Positions 49,405-59,135 of a stretch of DNA of 64,000 nucleotides are shown in pieces. Each line of letters opens with the position of its first letter. Position 1 is the stretch's first letter. The notes below the pieces were generated by a model. The model saw nothing but the letters and a program-made list of their open reading frames with translations, was not told the origin of the DNA and did not search any database. This stretch comes from an uncultured Oscillospiraceae bacterium (lineage in GTDB: Bacteria > Bacillota > Clostridia > Oscillospirales > Ruminococcaceae). Both the position numbers and the translations under genes were made by a program. The stretch is taken from the NCBI GenBank assembly GCA_902478145.1, contig CABSJT010000001.1, forward strand, positions 5,671 to 69,670, in the 5' to 3' direction.

Positions 49405-49666
49405 GATTTTTATCCCTTCTTGTGTTTTGGTTTTTCCTTTCTATCGTAACTACATTATAGCAATAGAGTTTGAATAAAGTCAATAGGTTTTTACAAATTT
49501 TTCATATTTGTAAATGTGTATAAAATTGGCAATGTTTGTTGTGCGGTTTTTCTTGTACGGAAGAACTTGAAAATTCATATTTCGTGTCATATTTTGGTTC
49601 AAAACTACACTTTTGCGCTCAAAATTTTACTCATACACGCAAAAACCCGCGTATGTAAAACACGAG

Positions 49667-49710
49667 AAAACCCGCATTGTTAAGCCATTTCTAGCTACAA
49701 TGCGGGTTTT
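49667..49710. terminator. 13-bp stem hairpin terminator downstream of the tRNA genes
   Basis: AAAACCCGCATTG-ttaagccatttctagcta-CAATGCGGGTTTT. Confidence 0.5.
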
Positions 49711-49724
49711 CACAATTTTACATT

Positions 49725-49814
49725 TGGCGCAGAAAGAGGGATTTGAACCCTCGCGCCGGTTTCCCGACCTACTCCCTTAGCAGGGGAGCCCCTTCACCAC
49801 TTGGGTATTTCTGC
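49725..49814 (-). tRNA. tRNA-Ser (anticodon GCT), 90 nt with long variable arm, CCA encoded
   Basis: The reverse complement reads GCAGAAA-TA-CCCAAGTGGTGAAGGGG-CTCCC-CTGCTAA-GGGAG-(long variable arm)-GAGGG-TTCAAAT-CCCTC-TTTCTGC-G-CCA. Confidence 0.85.
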
Positions 49815-49846
49815 AAGTGCCAATTTCATTTGTATTAAATTAAAAA

Positions 49847-49935
<89 letters not shown>

Positions 49936-50137
49936 GAGTTGCTGCTGACTTTTAAATCAACCGCTTATATATATTATCACATATCCAAAAAAATGTCAAG
50001 TCTTTTTTGAAAAAATTCTCAAAAGGTTTCCTATTTGTCTCTTTAGACCTGTTTTTTAGTTCTGCTTTTACGGCAGTTATTGACAAAATCCGCATTTTGT
50101 GATAACTTATTACATATAGAAAAGGAGGGTTTTTGAT

Positions 50138-51553
50138 TTGAGGGCAGTTAAAAGAATTGCTGCGGCGTTTTTAGCGGTAACAATATCGGTAATATCGTTT
50201 GTTACTCCCGCAGGCGCCGAGAGCAAATACTATATAAAAGCACTTTCCGAGAATGTCAACGTTCGCAGCGGTCCGGGGGTTACATATGATAAACTTGGAA
50301 AAGCAAAATACGGTGCAAAATATCCGTGTCTTGGAACAGCTTTCAGTTCCGACGGGACAATGTGGTACAAAATAGGGGTTGATAATTCCGACGGAGATGT
50401 ATGGATCTCCTCGGATTATGCCCATCGCTTTGAAAGAAACATAACAGGCAACGCCGAGCCTGCCTTGACTGATAAAAGCGGGAGCAAAGTCAATGAAAAA
50501 ATTCAGGATTATCTTAATTCGATCGCCGACGATTATCATGCAATCGGTATGCAGGTCGCTGTTATCCGTGCAAGCGACGGAAAGGTTTTCAATTGGAATT
50601 ATGGCTATGCGACGCGCAATACAAAGACAATGACTGCAAATACCAAGATAAGGACCGCTTCTATAAGCAAGGTTGCGGTTGCGATGTGTGCTTTAAAAAT
50701 GCAGGAAGAGGGACTTGTTGACCTCGGTGCTGACATAAGCGAATACTGGGGAAAAGAATTTCCGAAAAGTGTTACCCTTAAAAATCTTTTTTCTCACACT
50801 TCAACGCTTCGCTATCTTGCTTTTAAAGGGAAGATGAAAAAGACAAGAAAGCAGCTTATGGATGAGAACAGTTATCTGGACGGAACGCCAGGTGATCCGT
50901 CAATGTGGTCGTATAATAATTACGCAATAGGGGTTGCAGGCTCTACGCTTGAACTTGCGGCAGATACAACGGTAGACGAATACATGAAGGAGAATTTCTT
51001 TGAACCTATCGGCGTGGACGCGAGCTTCTATTCGGGCAATTTTTCGGGAAATCCCAGACTTGCAACGCTTTACGAGTCCGACGGAGGAGTTGAACGGACT
51101 GTTGCGGAAGCGAAGGCGATTTCGAGCGCTAAAAGTCCCGGAAATAATGTAAGTATTCATGCGGGAAGCCTTACTGCTTCCGCAAAGGACATTGCGAAGC
51201 TTTTCTATATCCTTTCAAATGACGGCGAATACGGCGGTAAGCGAATCTTATCTGAAGAATCCGTAAGAGCTATAGAAGAACACTTATTTAAAGCTACTGA
51301 AAACGGCGGTAAATTTACGCAGTGCATGGCTCTCAGATATGTGAAAAAGCGATATGGAGCAGACAAGCTGTACTATCACACGGGAAATGCTTACGGCGCA
51401 ATTTCAATGGCTTCGTACAATCCCGAAACAGGCGACGTTGTCGTTGTAATGACAACAGGAGCAAATCCAAAACGCGATAAATTCGGTGTGTATGAGGTTT
51501 GCAGCAAAATTACAAGAAGAATATACAATAACATAGAAAAATTGGGAAATTAA
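50138..51553 (+). CDS. secreted SH3b-domain + serine hydrolase (beta-lactamase/PBP4*-like transpeptidase fold) protein
   Basis: TTG start with AAGGAGGG + 7 nt, then a signal peptide, an SH3_3-like block (YYIKALSENVNVRSGPGVTYDKLGKAKYG), and an SxxK active site (RTASISKVAVA). Confidence 0.75.
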   Translation: MRAVKRIAAAFLAVTISVISFVTPAGAESKYYIKALSENVNVRSGPGVTYDKLGKAKYGAKYPCLGTAFSSDGTMWYKIGVDNSDGDVWISSDYAHRFERNITGNAEPALTDKSGSKVNEKIQDYLNSIADDYHAIGMQVAVIRASDGKVFNWNYGYATRNTKTMTANTKIRTASISKVAVAMCALKMQEEGLVDLGADISEYWGKEFPKSVTLKNLFSHTSTLRYLAFKGKMKKTRKQLMDENSYLDGTPGDPSMWSYNNYAIGVAGSTLELAADTTVDEYMKENFFEPIGVDASFYSGNFSGNPRLATLYESDGGVERTVAEAKAISSAKSPGNNVSIHAGSLTASAKDIAKLFYILSNDGEYGGKRILSEESVRAIEEHLFKATENGGKFTQCMALRYVKKRYGADKLYYHTGNAYGAISMASYNPETGDVVVVMTTGANPKRDKFGVYEVCSKITRRIYNNIEKLGN

Positions 51554-51592
51554 CAGAACAAAACAAAGAGAACAAAAGAACGGTGAACAAAA

Positions 51593-52309
51593 ATGAAAAA
51601 AATATCTGAAAACAGTCGTGCGGCGCAGTATGTTAACGGCGTCCGCTGTGCGCTGCCCGTAATTCTCGGGTTTATACCCGTGGGAATGGCTTATGCAATT
51701 ATGGCAAGGCACGCCGGATTTACTATCGGCGAAACCTGTGCAATGTCTCTTGCGGTATTTGCGGGGGCGAGCGAAATGATGGCGGTTGGAATGTATGCGG
51801 GCGGAGCGGGCATTATTGCGATAATACTGGCGACGTTTATTCTCAATCTGCGACACGTTATCATGAGCACCTGTGTTTTTAATGAGATGAAATCGGCAAG
51901 ATTGGGAACGAGAATGCTTACGGCATTCGGCGTAACCGACGAGTCGTTTGCAATTTTCACAACTTCCGAAAAGGAGAAGCGCACATCATCTTTTTTCCTC
52001 GGGCTAATTACGGTTTCGTATGTTTCGTGGAATATTGGGACTCTTATAGGCGCGCTTTCGTCGGATATTCTCCCAGAAATTGTTTCGGCAAGCTTCGGGA
52101 TCGCGCTGTACGCAATGTTTATAGGGCTGATCATGCCCGGTCTTCGTGCAAATTTAAGACTTGCGGTGCTTGTGGTTTTTACTGCTGTTGTTAATACGAT
52201 ACTTAATCTGTTCATTGATTCAAGCTGGGCGCTTATAATTTCGACGCTTCTTTGCGCGGCGATAGGCACATTCTTTGTTGATATTGGCGAAGAAAGCGAG
52301 GCTGAGTAA
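51593..52309 (+). CDS. azlC: AzlC-family branched-chain amino acid permease subunit
   Basis: AzlC-like topology and motifs are present (GFIPVGMAYAIMA, FAGASEM). Confidence 0.85.
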   Translation: MKKISENSRAAQYVNGVRCALPVILGFIPVGMAYAIMARHAGFTIGETCAMSLAVFAGASEMMAVGMYAGGAGIIAIILATFILNLRHVIMSTCVFNEMKSARLGTRMLTAFGVTDESFAIFTTSEKEKRTSSFFLGLITVSYVSWNIGTLIGALSSDILPEIVSASFGIALYAMFIGLIMPGLRANLRLAVLVVFTAVVNTILNLFIDSSWALIISTLLCAAIGTFFVDIGEESEAE

Positions 52310-52624
52310 ATGAATTACGAAATAATGATTATGATAATAGGAATGACAGCAGTTACATATATCCCGCGTGTACTGCCTGCGGTTTTTATCAGTAAATTCA
52401 AATTCAGCCCCAAATTTGAAAAGTTTCTGCGTCTTATCCCATATACGGCAATGTCGGCGCTTATTTTTCCGGGAGTATTTTCTGTGGACGCCGAAAGACC
52501 GTACATAGGTATTGCAGGCGGGATAACCGCCGCTTTGCTTGCATGGAAAAAACTTCCTGTCATGGCTTGCGTAGTGGCGGGCATTGCAGTTGACATGATA
52601 ATTTATGCTTTTGTCGGACAGTAA
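52310..52624 (+). CDS. azlD: AzlD-family branched-chain amino acid transport protein
   Basis: A 104-aa hydrophobic protein, immediately downstream of azlC. Confidence 0.8.
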   Translation: MNYEIMIMIIGMTAVTYIPRVLPAVFISKFKFSPKFEKFLRLIPYTAMSALIFPGVFSVDAERPYIGIAGGITAALLAWKKLPVMACVVAGIAVDMIIYAFVGQ

Positions 52625-52719
52625 GACATTCTTGTAGCGTTGCTTCAGTAGAGATATGTTTTTGTCGAAAAAGCTGGTGTGTGATAAAATACATTATTTT
52701 TTATTTTCCGAAAAAAGTA

Positions 52720-52748
52720 TTGACAAACTTGAATTTATCGGATACAAT
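52720..52748 (+). promoter_or_regulatory. near-consensus sigma-A promoter driving a non-coding transcript
   Basis: TTGACA (52720-52725), a 17-nt spacer, then TACAAT (52743-52748). Confidence 0.5.
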
Positions 52749-52754
52749 ACAAGT

Positions 52755-52928
52755 ACCGAAAGGTAACAGGCTACAGGATAGACCTGTTTAGCTGAGAAAC
52801 ATTCCGCTAGGTCAAGATAGTGGGTGTGGAGCTTCATAATAGGGCTGTATAGGCGTCCTCCGCTTGACTAGATTTATAACGAAAGAAAATATTCCAAAAT
52901 GGCAACTCGAAAAGGGTTGCCATTTTTG
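52755..52928 (+). ncRNA. candidate small RNA of about 174 nt (promoter to intrinsic terminator, no ORF); identity unknown (6S-like or novel)
   Basis: It is bounded by the promoter above and the terminator GGCAAC-tcgaaaag-GGTTGCC + TTTTT (52897-52928). Internal complementary segments are CTAGGTCAAG / CTTGAC-TAG and ACAGG...CCTGT. Confidence 0.4.
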
Positions 52929-53118
52929 TTGAAATGGTATCATGCTATGGATTTTTAAAAAGCAGCTTTGGCATACAACATATTTGTAAGCGGGAAAAAC
53001 GAACAACTAAAATAAAAACGGTATGTAAAAATCTCCAATGATTTTAATATGCTGTTTGTTTTTTTGTCGCTATTAAACAAAAGCAGTTTTAGCGGGGTGT
53101 GCCGAGCTTTTGTTATAC

Positions 53119-53147
53119 TTGAAATTGTTCGAAAAAAGTGATATACT
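53119..53147 (+). promoter_or_regulatory. sigma-A type promoter for the amidohydrolase gene
   Basis: TTGAAA, a 17-nt spacer, then TATACT. It lies inside the track ORF start region, which argues for the downstream start. Confidence 0.45.
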
Positions 53148-53175
53148 GTTGCTTGAAAAAATTTTAGAAAGAAGA

Positions 53176-53988
53176 ATGTTGTTTATGATGATTTTTGACA
53201 GCCATGTGCACATCTATCCCGAAAAAATAGCGGCAAAGGCTGCGAAAACAATAGGCGAATTTTATGACATTCCCATGGCGTTTGACGGTAGTATCCCGTC
53301 GCTGCTCAAAAACTGTGACGAAGCGGGTATTTCACGTTGTCTGGTACATTCCGTTGCGACAACGCATGAGCAGGTCAGAAAAATAAATGATTTTATCGCC
53401 TCAAGCGTTGCCGAAAATCCTGATAAATTTGTGGGATTTGGTTCGCTGCATCCGTCTATGAGCGCAGATGAAGAGGACGAAGAAATAAAGCGAATGATTT
53501 CGCTGGGATTGCGAGGAACAAAGCTCCACCCCGACTTTCAGAAATTCAACATCGACGACAAGCACGCGATGGAGCTTTACGAGGTGATTGACGGTCGGCT
53601 TCCTATACTTTTTCATACGGGTGATAAACGCTTTTCATATTCATCTCCTCAAAGGCTTGCGGTCGCGGCAAAGAGATTCCCGCGTCAGAAGATGATCGGT
53701 GCGCATTTTGGAGGATATACCGAGTGGGACGCTGCGCAGCAATGCCTGCTTGACATAGAAAATGTGTATGTTGACTCGTCAAGCTCGCTGTTTGCGATTT
53801 CACCAGAAAAAGCAAAGCGATATATCGAAGCATTTGGCTCGGAGCGTGTTTTTTTCGGCACCGATTATCCTATGTGGAACGGCAGGGAAGAACTTGAAAG
53901 ATTTGATAAAATCGACCTTACGGACAGCGAACGTGAGCAGATATTATCGGGCAATATCTGCCGTTTTCTCGGAATAGAGAATAATTGA
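53176..53988 (+). CDS. TIM-barrel metal-dependent hydrolase (amidohydrolase-2 family)
   Basis: Amidohydrolase-2-like motifs are present (FDSHVHIYP, LHPDFQKF, FHTGD, GAHFGG, FGTDYPMW). Confidence 0.7.
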   Translation: MLFMMIFDSHVHIYPEKIAAKAAKTIGEFYDIPMAFDGSIPSLLKNCDEAGISRCLVHSVATTHEQVRKINDFIASSVAENPDKFVGFGSLHPSMSADEEDEEIKRMISLGLRGTKLHPDFQKFNIDDKHAMELYEVIDGRLPILFHTGDKRFSYSSPQRLAVAAKRFPRQKMIGAHFGGYTEWDAAQQCLLDIENVYVDSSSSLFAISPEKAKRYIEAFGSERVFFGTDYPMWNGREELERFDKIDLTDSEREQILSGNICRFLGIENN

Positions 53989-53998
53989 CGTTAAAGTG

Positions 53999-54026
53999 TT
54001 GACTTTTCGGGAAATTTTGCTATAAT
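53999..54026 (+). promoter_or_regulatory. sigma-A type promoter for alaS
   Basis: TTGACT, a 16-nt spacer, then TATAAT, about 85 nt upstream of the alaS ATG. Confidence 0.45.
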
Positions 54027-54111
54027 AAAATGGGTATGTTTTGATATAAACAAGAAAGGAAAACATGACAGCGCCGTTTTCGGCGATGTAAAAAGTTTAA
54101 GGAAAAAAACA

Positions 54112-56745
54112 ATGAAGTGGACAGGTCTTAATGAACTCAGAGAACGTTATCTGAAATTTTTTGAAAGCAAGGGACATCTCAGAATGGCGTCCGCGCCTCT
54201 TGTTCCTCAGGGAGATAACTCGATACTGCTGATAAATGCGGGAATGACGCCTTTAAAGAAGTTTTTTCAAGGAATCGAAACTCCGCCGAGAAAGCGCGTT
54301 ACAACCTGCCAGAAGTGCATAAGAACACCCGATATTGAGAATGTCGGAAAAACCGCACGTCACGGCACATACTTTGAAATGCTCGGAAATTTCTCGTTCG
54401 GCGATTACTTCAAGCATGAAGCTACCGCGTGGGCTTGGGAATTCCTTACAAAAGAGCTTGAGATTGAACCCGAAAAGCTCTGGATCACAATTTATGAAGA
54501 GGACGATGAAGCGGGCGACATCTGGGCTAACGAAGTCGGAATCCCGCGCGACAGAATAATAAAGCTCGGAAAGTCGGAGAATTTCTGGGAACATGGAAGC
54601 GGCCCCTGCGGTCCCTGTTCCGAAATCCATTTTGACCGCGGTGAAAAGTACGGTCCGTTCGAGAGTTTTGAGCAGGCGGGCGACTGCGATCGAATCATCG
54701 AAATTTGGAATCTCGTATTTACTCAGTTCGACAACGACGGAAACGGAAACTATACTCAGCTTGCGACAAAGAATATTGATACCGGTATGGGACTTGAACG
54801 TCTTGCCTGTGTAATGCAGGGTGTTGATAATATGTTTGAGGTCGATACGATTCAGAATATTATCAAGAGAATTTGCTCCGTTTCGGGAAAGACATACGGC
54901 GAAAATTACAAGGATGACGTTTCTATCCGTGTAATTACCGACCACGTTCGCGCAGCTACGTTTATGGTGGGCGACGGCGTAAGACCCTCAAACGAGGGCA
55001 GAGGGTATGTTCTTCGCCGCCTGTTAAGACGCGCTGCGCGCCATGGCAGACTTCTCGGCGTAACAAAACCGTTTCTTACGGAAATTGTCGACCAGGTAAT
55101 TAAAGAAAACAAGGACGCTTATCCTGAACTTGAAGAAAAGCGTGAATATATCATGAAGGTCATTGCTACCGAAGAAGAGAGCTTCAACAAGACTGTTGAA
55201 AAGGGTTCGCAGATACTTACCGACCTTATCGCACAACTCGGCGAAAACGGCGTATTAAGCGGTGACGACGCGTTCAAGCTGCATGATACTTATGGTTTCC
55301 CGCTTGACCTTACAAAGGAGATCCTTGAAGAAAAAGGACTTACCCTTGATGAAGAACGTTTCATGGAGCTTATGAAGAATCAGAAGCTTACCGCGCGCGC
55401 AAATCAGTCTTTCAAGGGCGGCTGGGACGACGCGGCTGCGGATGCGCTTTCCGGATTAAAGACAGCATTTGTGGGATATAAGGAACTTTCCTGTGAAACA
55501 AAGATAATAGCAATGTTAAAGGATGGCGCTCTTACCGACAGTATTGACGAGGATAACGACGTTGCTGTCGTTACTGAAACGACTCCTTTCTATGCGGAGA
55601 GCGGCGGACAGGTCGGCGATAAGGGTACTATAACAAGTGCCGGCGGCGACAATGTTCTTGAAGTTATCGATACCAAGAAAATCGGCGGCGGACAGTTTGT
55701 ATGCTATTGCCGCTGCTTACAGGGTTCGTTTATGACGGGTGACGCAGTTACCGCAACTGTTGATAAAGAACTTCGCATGGCTACCGCGAGAAACCACACC
55801 TGTGCTCATCTGCTTCAGGCGGCGCTTCGCAGCGTTCTCGGCGATCATGTTCACCAGGCGGGTTCTTATGTTGACCCGTATCGCTGCCGTTTTGATTTCT
55901 CGCATTTCAGCGCGGTAACGCCCGATGAACTTGCGCAGATTGAAGCGCTTGTAAATAAAGAAATTCTCGCGGCTGTTCCTGTTGTTACAGAGGAGCTTCC
56001 TATTGAAGAAGCTAAGAAAAAAGGCGCAATGGCGCTTTTCGGAGAAAAATACGGTGATGTTGTCCGCGTAGTAAGTGTTACAGACGGTTATTCAACTGAA
56101 TTCTGCGGTGGTACACACCTTGACAATACTTCAAAAGCAGGACTCTTCAAGATTATATCCGAAACATCTGTTGCTTCCGGCGTAAGAAGAATTGAAGCGG
56201 TTACGGGTGCGGGAGTACTCGAAGCTCTTAACGAGGCAAACAGCACTATCCATGCCGCTGCGCAGACCTTGAAACTCGCTAATCCGAGCGCGCTTGTACA
56301 GCGCTGCGAAGCGCTTCAGAATGAGCTTTCGGAAGCTAAAAAAGAAATAGATAAACTTGAACGTCAGCTTTCCGCTTCCGCAATGGCTGATATTACAGGC
56401 GGTGCTGTTGAAATCGCAGGTATAAAGGTGTTCTCGGCTGTTCTTGAAGGAACTGTCGGTGATGCGCTCCGCAAAGCGGGCGATGACCTCAAGTCGAAGT
56501 ATGATAATTTTATTGCAGTCCTCGCAGGTCATGCGGACGGTAAGGGGAATTTCCTCTGCATATGCTCAAAGGAAGCTGTCGCAAAGGGTGCTAACGCAGG
56601 TCAGATAGTCAAGCAGATTGCTGCTATTGCAGGCGGTAAGGGCGGCGGAAAGCCCGACAGCGCTATGGCGGGAATTGCTGACACAACAAAAATCAATGAT
56701 GCTCTTGCTGCTCTTAATGAGATTGCAGCAGGTCAGCTTAACTGA
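54112..56745 (+). CDS. alaS: alanine--tRNA ligase
   Basis: An 877-aa protein with class II aaRS AlaRS motifs and the editing-domain HxxxH...CGGTH (HTCAHLL, FCGGTH). Confidence 0.95.
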   Translation: MKWTGLNELRERYLKFFESKGHLRMASAPLVPQGDNSILLINAGMTPLKKFFQGIETPPRKRVTTCQKCIRTPDIENVGKTARHGTYFEMLGNFSFGDYFKHEATAWAWEFLTKELEIEPEKLWITIYEEDDEAGDIWANEVGIPRDRIIKLGKSENFWEHGSGPCGPCSEIHFDRGEKYGPFESFEQAGDCDRIIEIWNLVFTQFDNDGNGNYTQLATKNIDTGMGLERLACVMQGVDNMFEVDTIQNIIKRICSVSGKTYGENYKDDVSIRVITDHVRAATFMVGDGVRPSNEGRGYVLRRLLRRAARHGRLLGVTKPFLTEIVDQVIKENKDAYPELEEKREYIMKVIATEEESFNKTVEKGSQILTDLIAQLGENGVLSGDDAFKLHDTYGFPLDLTKEILEEKGLTLDEERFMELMKNQKLTARANQSFKGGWDDAAADALSGLKTAFVGYKELSCETKIIAMLKDGALTDSIDEDNDVAVVTETTPFYAESGGQVGDKGTITSAGGDNVLEVIDTKKIGGGQFVCYCRCLQGSFMTGDAVTATVDKELRMATARNHTCAHLLQAALRSVLGDHVHQAGSYVDPYRCRFDFSHFSAVTPDELAQIEALVNKEILAAVPVVTEELPIEEAKKKGAMALFGEKYGDVVRVVSVTDGYSTEFCGGTHLDNTSKAGLFKIISETSVASGVRRIEAVTGAGVLEALNEANSTIHAAAQTLKLANPSALVQRCEALQNELSEAKKEIDKLERQLSASAMADITGGAVEIAGIKVFSAVLEGTVGDALRKAGDDLKSKYDNFIAVLAGHADGKGNFLCICSKEAVAKGANAGQIVKQIAAIAGGKGGGKPDSAMAGIADTTKINDALAALNEIAAGQLN

Positions 56746-56763
56746 AAGAAAGGAATACCGATT

Positions 56764-57105
56764 ATGAAAGACTGCTTATTCTGTAAGATAATCGACGGTG
56801 AGATCCCGTCCGAAAAGGTTTACGAAAGTGAAACAGTTCTTGCGTTTAAGGATATAAATCCCCAAGCGCCTGTTCATATTCTTGTTATCCCTAAAATTCA
56901 TATTGAAAGCTTGAATGATGTCACCGAGGATAACATAGGCGTCGTTGCTGAGGTCATGCTTGTTGCTAAGCAGCTTGCGGCTGAATTCAATCTTCAGAAC
57001 GGTTATCGCGTAGTTACAAATATCGGTGAAAATGGCGGACAGACCGTTCATCATCTGCACTTCCATATTCTCGGCGGCGAAAAGCTCACCGAGAAAATGT
57101 GTTGA
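56764..57105 (+). CDS. HIT-family (histidine triad) nucleotide hydrolase
   Basis: The histidine triad HHLHFHILGG is present. Confidence 0.85.
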   Translation: MKDCLFCKIIDGEIPSEKVYESETVLAFKDINPQAPVHILVIPKIHIESLNDVTEDNIGVVAEVMLVAKQLAAEFNLQNGYRVVTNIGENGGQTVHHLHFHILGGEKLTEKMC

Positions 57106-59135
57106 GTACTAACAAAAATACAATAAAAAAGCACCGCGCGCAAGCTCTGATAGGTTTTTCATACCTTTTGGGGCTTGCTTGCGCGTCTTTTTTAAACATT
57201 ATTGTTTGTTTCATTTGCGCAGGCGTGCTTATCGCAACGTTCATAGTCTTAAAGCTTATGAACATCTGCGATTTTCGCCGTCATATTCTTTCTGCAGGGG
57301 CAGCACTGCTTGCTTTTGGAATTTATAGTGTAATTTTTATTGAGCCTACGCAGTCTTTGAGCGGCAGTACTTCGCACATCATAGGCGTGGTCACTGAACG
57401 AACAGATCCAAGCAATGATACTGTAAGGCTTACTGTCAGCGGAAAAGCTGACGGGTTGCCTGTGAAATTCACTCTTTACGCCGCAGACAGCGGTGTTGAA
57501 GTAGGGGATAGAATAGCTTTTGACGCTGCGTTTTCAGAGCTTGGAAATACGGCGGATTTTTCAGAAAAGGATTATTACTTTTCAAAAGGAATTTTTATAA
57601 AAGCGCAGGTAAAAGGCGAGATTACTGTTATATCACATTCGTTCAGCCTCAGCGCATTTCTCAATGATTTTTCGGACAGCATAAAAAGCAGAATAAAAAC
57701 TGTGCTGCCGAGCGAGGAAAGCAGCGTGCTTTGCGCGATATTTTTCGGTGACAAAAGCGGATTTTCAACATTACAGTCCGTATCGCTGCGTCGAGCGGGT
57801 CTTTCGCATATCGCTGCTGTTTCTGGAATGCATCTTTCTCTTATAGTCCATACGATTCGTCTGATTTTGCTTGACAGATTGAAGCGCAGAAGAACGCTGA
57901 GATTTGGACTCACCGCTGCGCTGATTATTCTGCTGATGATTTTCTTCGGAATGACTTCTTCTGTAATGCGAGCGGGAATAATGCTTCTCATTTACTATGG
58001 TGCGGAACTGTTCTTCAGAAAAACAAACGTGCTTAACTCTATTGGAACTGCGCTGTTAATAATTCTTGCCTTTCAGCCGTATGCGTGTCGAGATATAGGT
58101 TTATGGCTGTCAGCACTCGGAACTATCGGGGTAGGTGTTATTGCACCTAAAATTTGCGAGACAGTAATTCGTTCGGATAAATTCCTCACAATTAAGCAAT
58201 CGCTTATCGGTTCTGCATCTGCGCTTTTCTGTACATTTCCGATAAGTATGCTTTGTTTCGGAGGAGTTTCGCTTGTTTCTCCGATTTCAACCTTGCTTAT
58301 TTATCCCGTTTTCATGGCGGCAATGTTCTTAGTGCTGCTGAATTTGCTTACGTGCGGTCTTTTTACGGAGCTTTTTATGCTTCCTGCGGGATTTTGCGCG
58401 CGTGCAATGAATTTTATTTTTTACACATTCGGCAAATTCCCTTACAGCTATATTGAAACTGACGGAATATTCTGGCAGCAGTTTGCTGTTGTTACCATAC
58501 TGGGCATATTTGTCGTACTTGCGGCTGTGGGCAATCTGAAATACTTTATAAGATTTTCCATGGTTTCGTTTATTGCAATAATAAGCGCCGCTATTTTCGG
58601 TGAAATTATAAAAAGTGACGTAATTGAAATAAGTTTGTATTCCGACGGTTCTGACGGCATGGCTGTTATAAGAAGCGAATCCGGCATAAGTTTTCTTTCC
58701 ACAGGCGACAGCAAGAAAATAACTGCGGAAATGCTTTCAAATGGCATTGGAAAGCGGGTTTTACTGGTTTGCGCCGCAAGGAGCAGCGACAATAATATTT
58801 CAGCATTATCAAGTGTCGATTCACTTGAGCTTCATATTCCCGAAAGTTCCGATTGCGAATATGACATAAGCGGGGAATATTCCGTCATTGTCAGGGAAGG
58901 CGAAATTTTAATTGACGTTCGCGGAGTTACGCTAAGCCTTAATAAAATTGATACAATTTCAGATGCTGATTTTGCGATTTACAGCGGTTACCGCAAAAAC
59001 CACGCAATCGGCGCTAATTATAAGGAGATTTTTCTCGATAAATGCATGAAAACAGGCTGTAACGCCTACTATGATAAAATCAGTATAGGCGTTGACAATA
59101 ACGGGAATGTCTTATTTTCAGAGGGAGATGCATAA
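57099..59135 (+). CDS. comEC: ComEC/Rec2-family DNA internalization channel protein (DUF4131 + competence domain; no recognisable metallo-beta-lactamase HxHxDH motif)
   Basis: The competence-domain motif LSHIAAVSGMHLSLIV and multiple TM segments are present. I found no HxHxDH in the C-terminal 250 aa. Confidence 0.7.
   Translation: MLSTNKNTIKKHRAQALIGFSYLLGLACASFLNIIVCFICAGVLIATFIVLKLMNICDFRRHILSAGAALLAFGIYSVIFIEPTQSLSGSTSHIIGVVTERTDPSNDTVRLTVSGKADGLPVKFTLYAADSGVEVGDRIAFDAAFSELGNTADFSEKDYYFSKGIFIKAQVKGEITVISHSFSLSAFLNDFSDSIKSRIKTVLPSEESSVLCAIFFGDKSGFSTLQSVSLRRAGLSHIAAVSGMHLSLIVHTIRLILLDRLKRRRTLRFGLTAALIILLMIFFGMTSSVMRAGIMLLIYYGAELFFRKTNVLNSIGTALLIILAFQPYACRDIGLWLSALGTIGVGVIAPKICETVIRSDKFLTIKQSLIGSASALFCTFPISMLCFGGVSLVSPISTLLIYPVFMAAMFLVLLNLLTCGLFTELFMLPAGFCARAMNFIFYTFGKFPYSYIETDGIFWQQFAVVTILGIFVVLAAVGNLKYFIRFSMVSFIAIISAAIFGEIIKSDVIEISLYSDGSDGMAVIRSESGISFLSTGDSKKITAEMLSNGIGKRVLLVCAARSSDNNISALSSVDSLELHIPESSDCEYDISGEYSVIVREGEILIDVRGVTLSLNKIDTISDADFAIYSGYRKNHAIGANYKEIFLDKCMKTGCNAYYDKISIGVDNNGNVLFSEGDA

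Noticed and set aside
53110-53175. Track start codon for the amidohydrolase ORF
   Set aside because: A sigma-A promoter (TTGAAA-17-TATACT) lies inside this stretch. The start was moved to the ATG at 53176.
53989-54111. Possible T-box leader upstream of alaS
   Set aside because: Only about 85 nt lie between the -10 and the ATG. That is too short for a T-box, and no specifier loop or antiterminator T-box sequence is visible.
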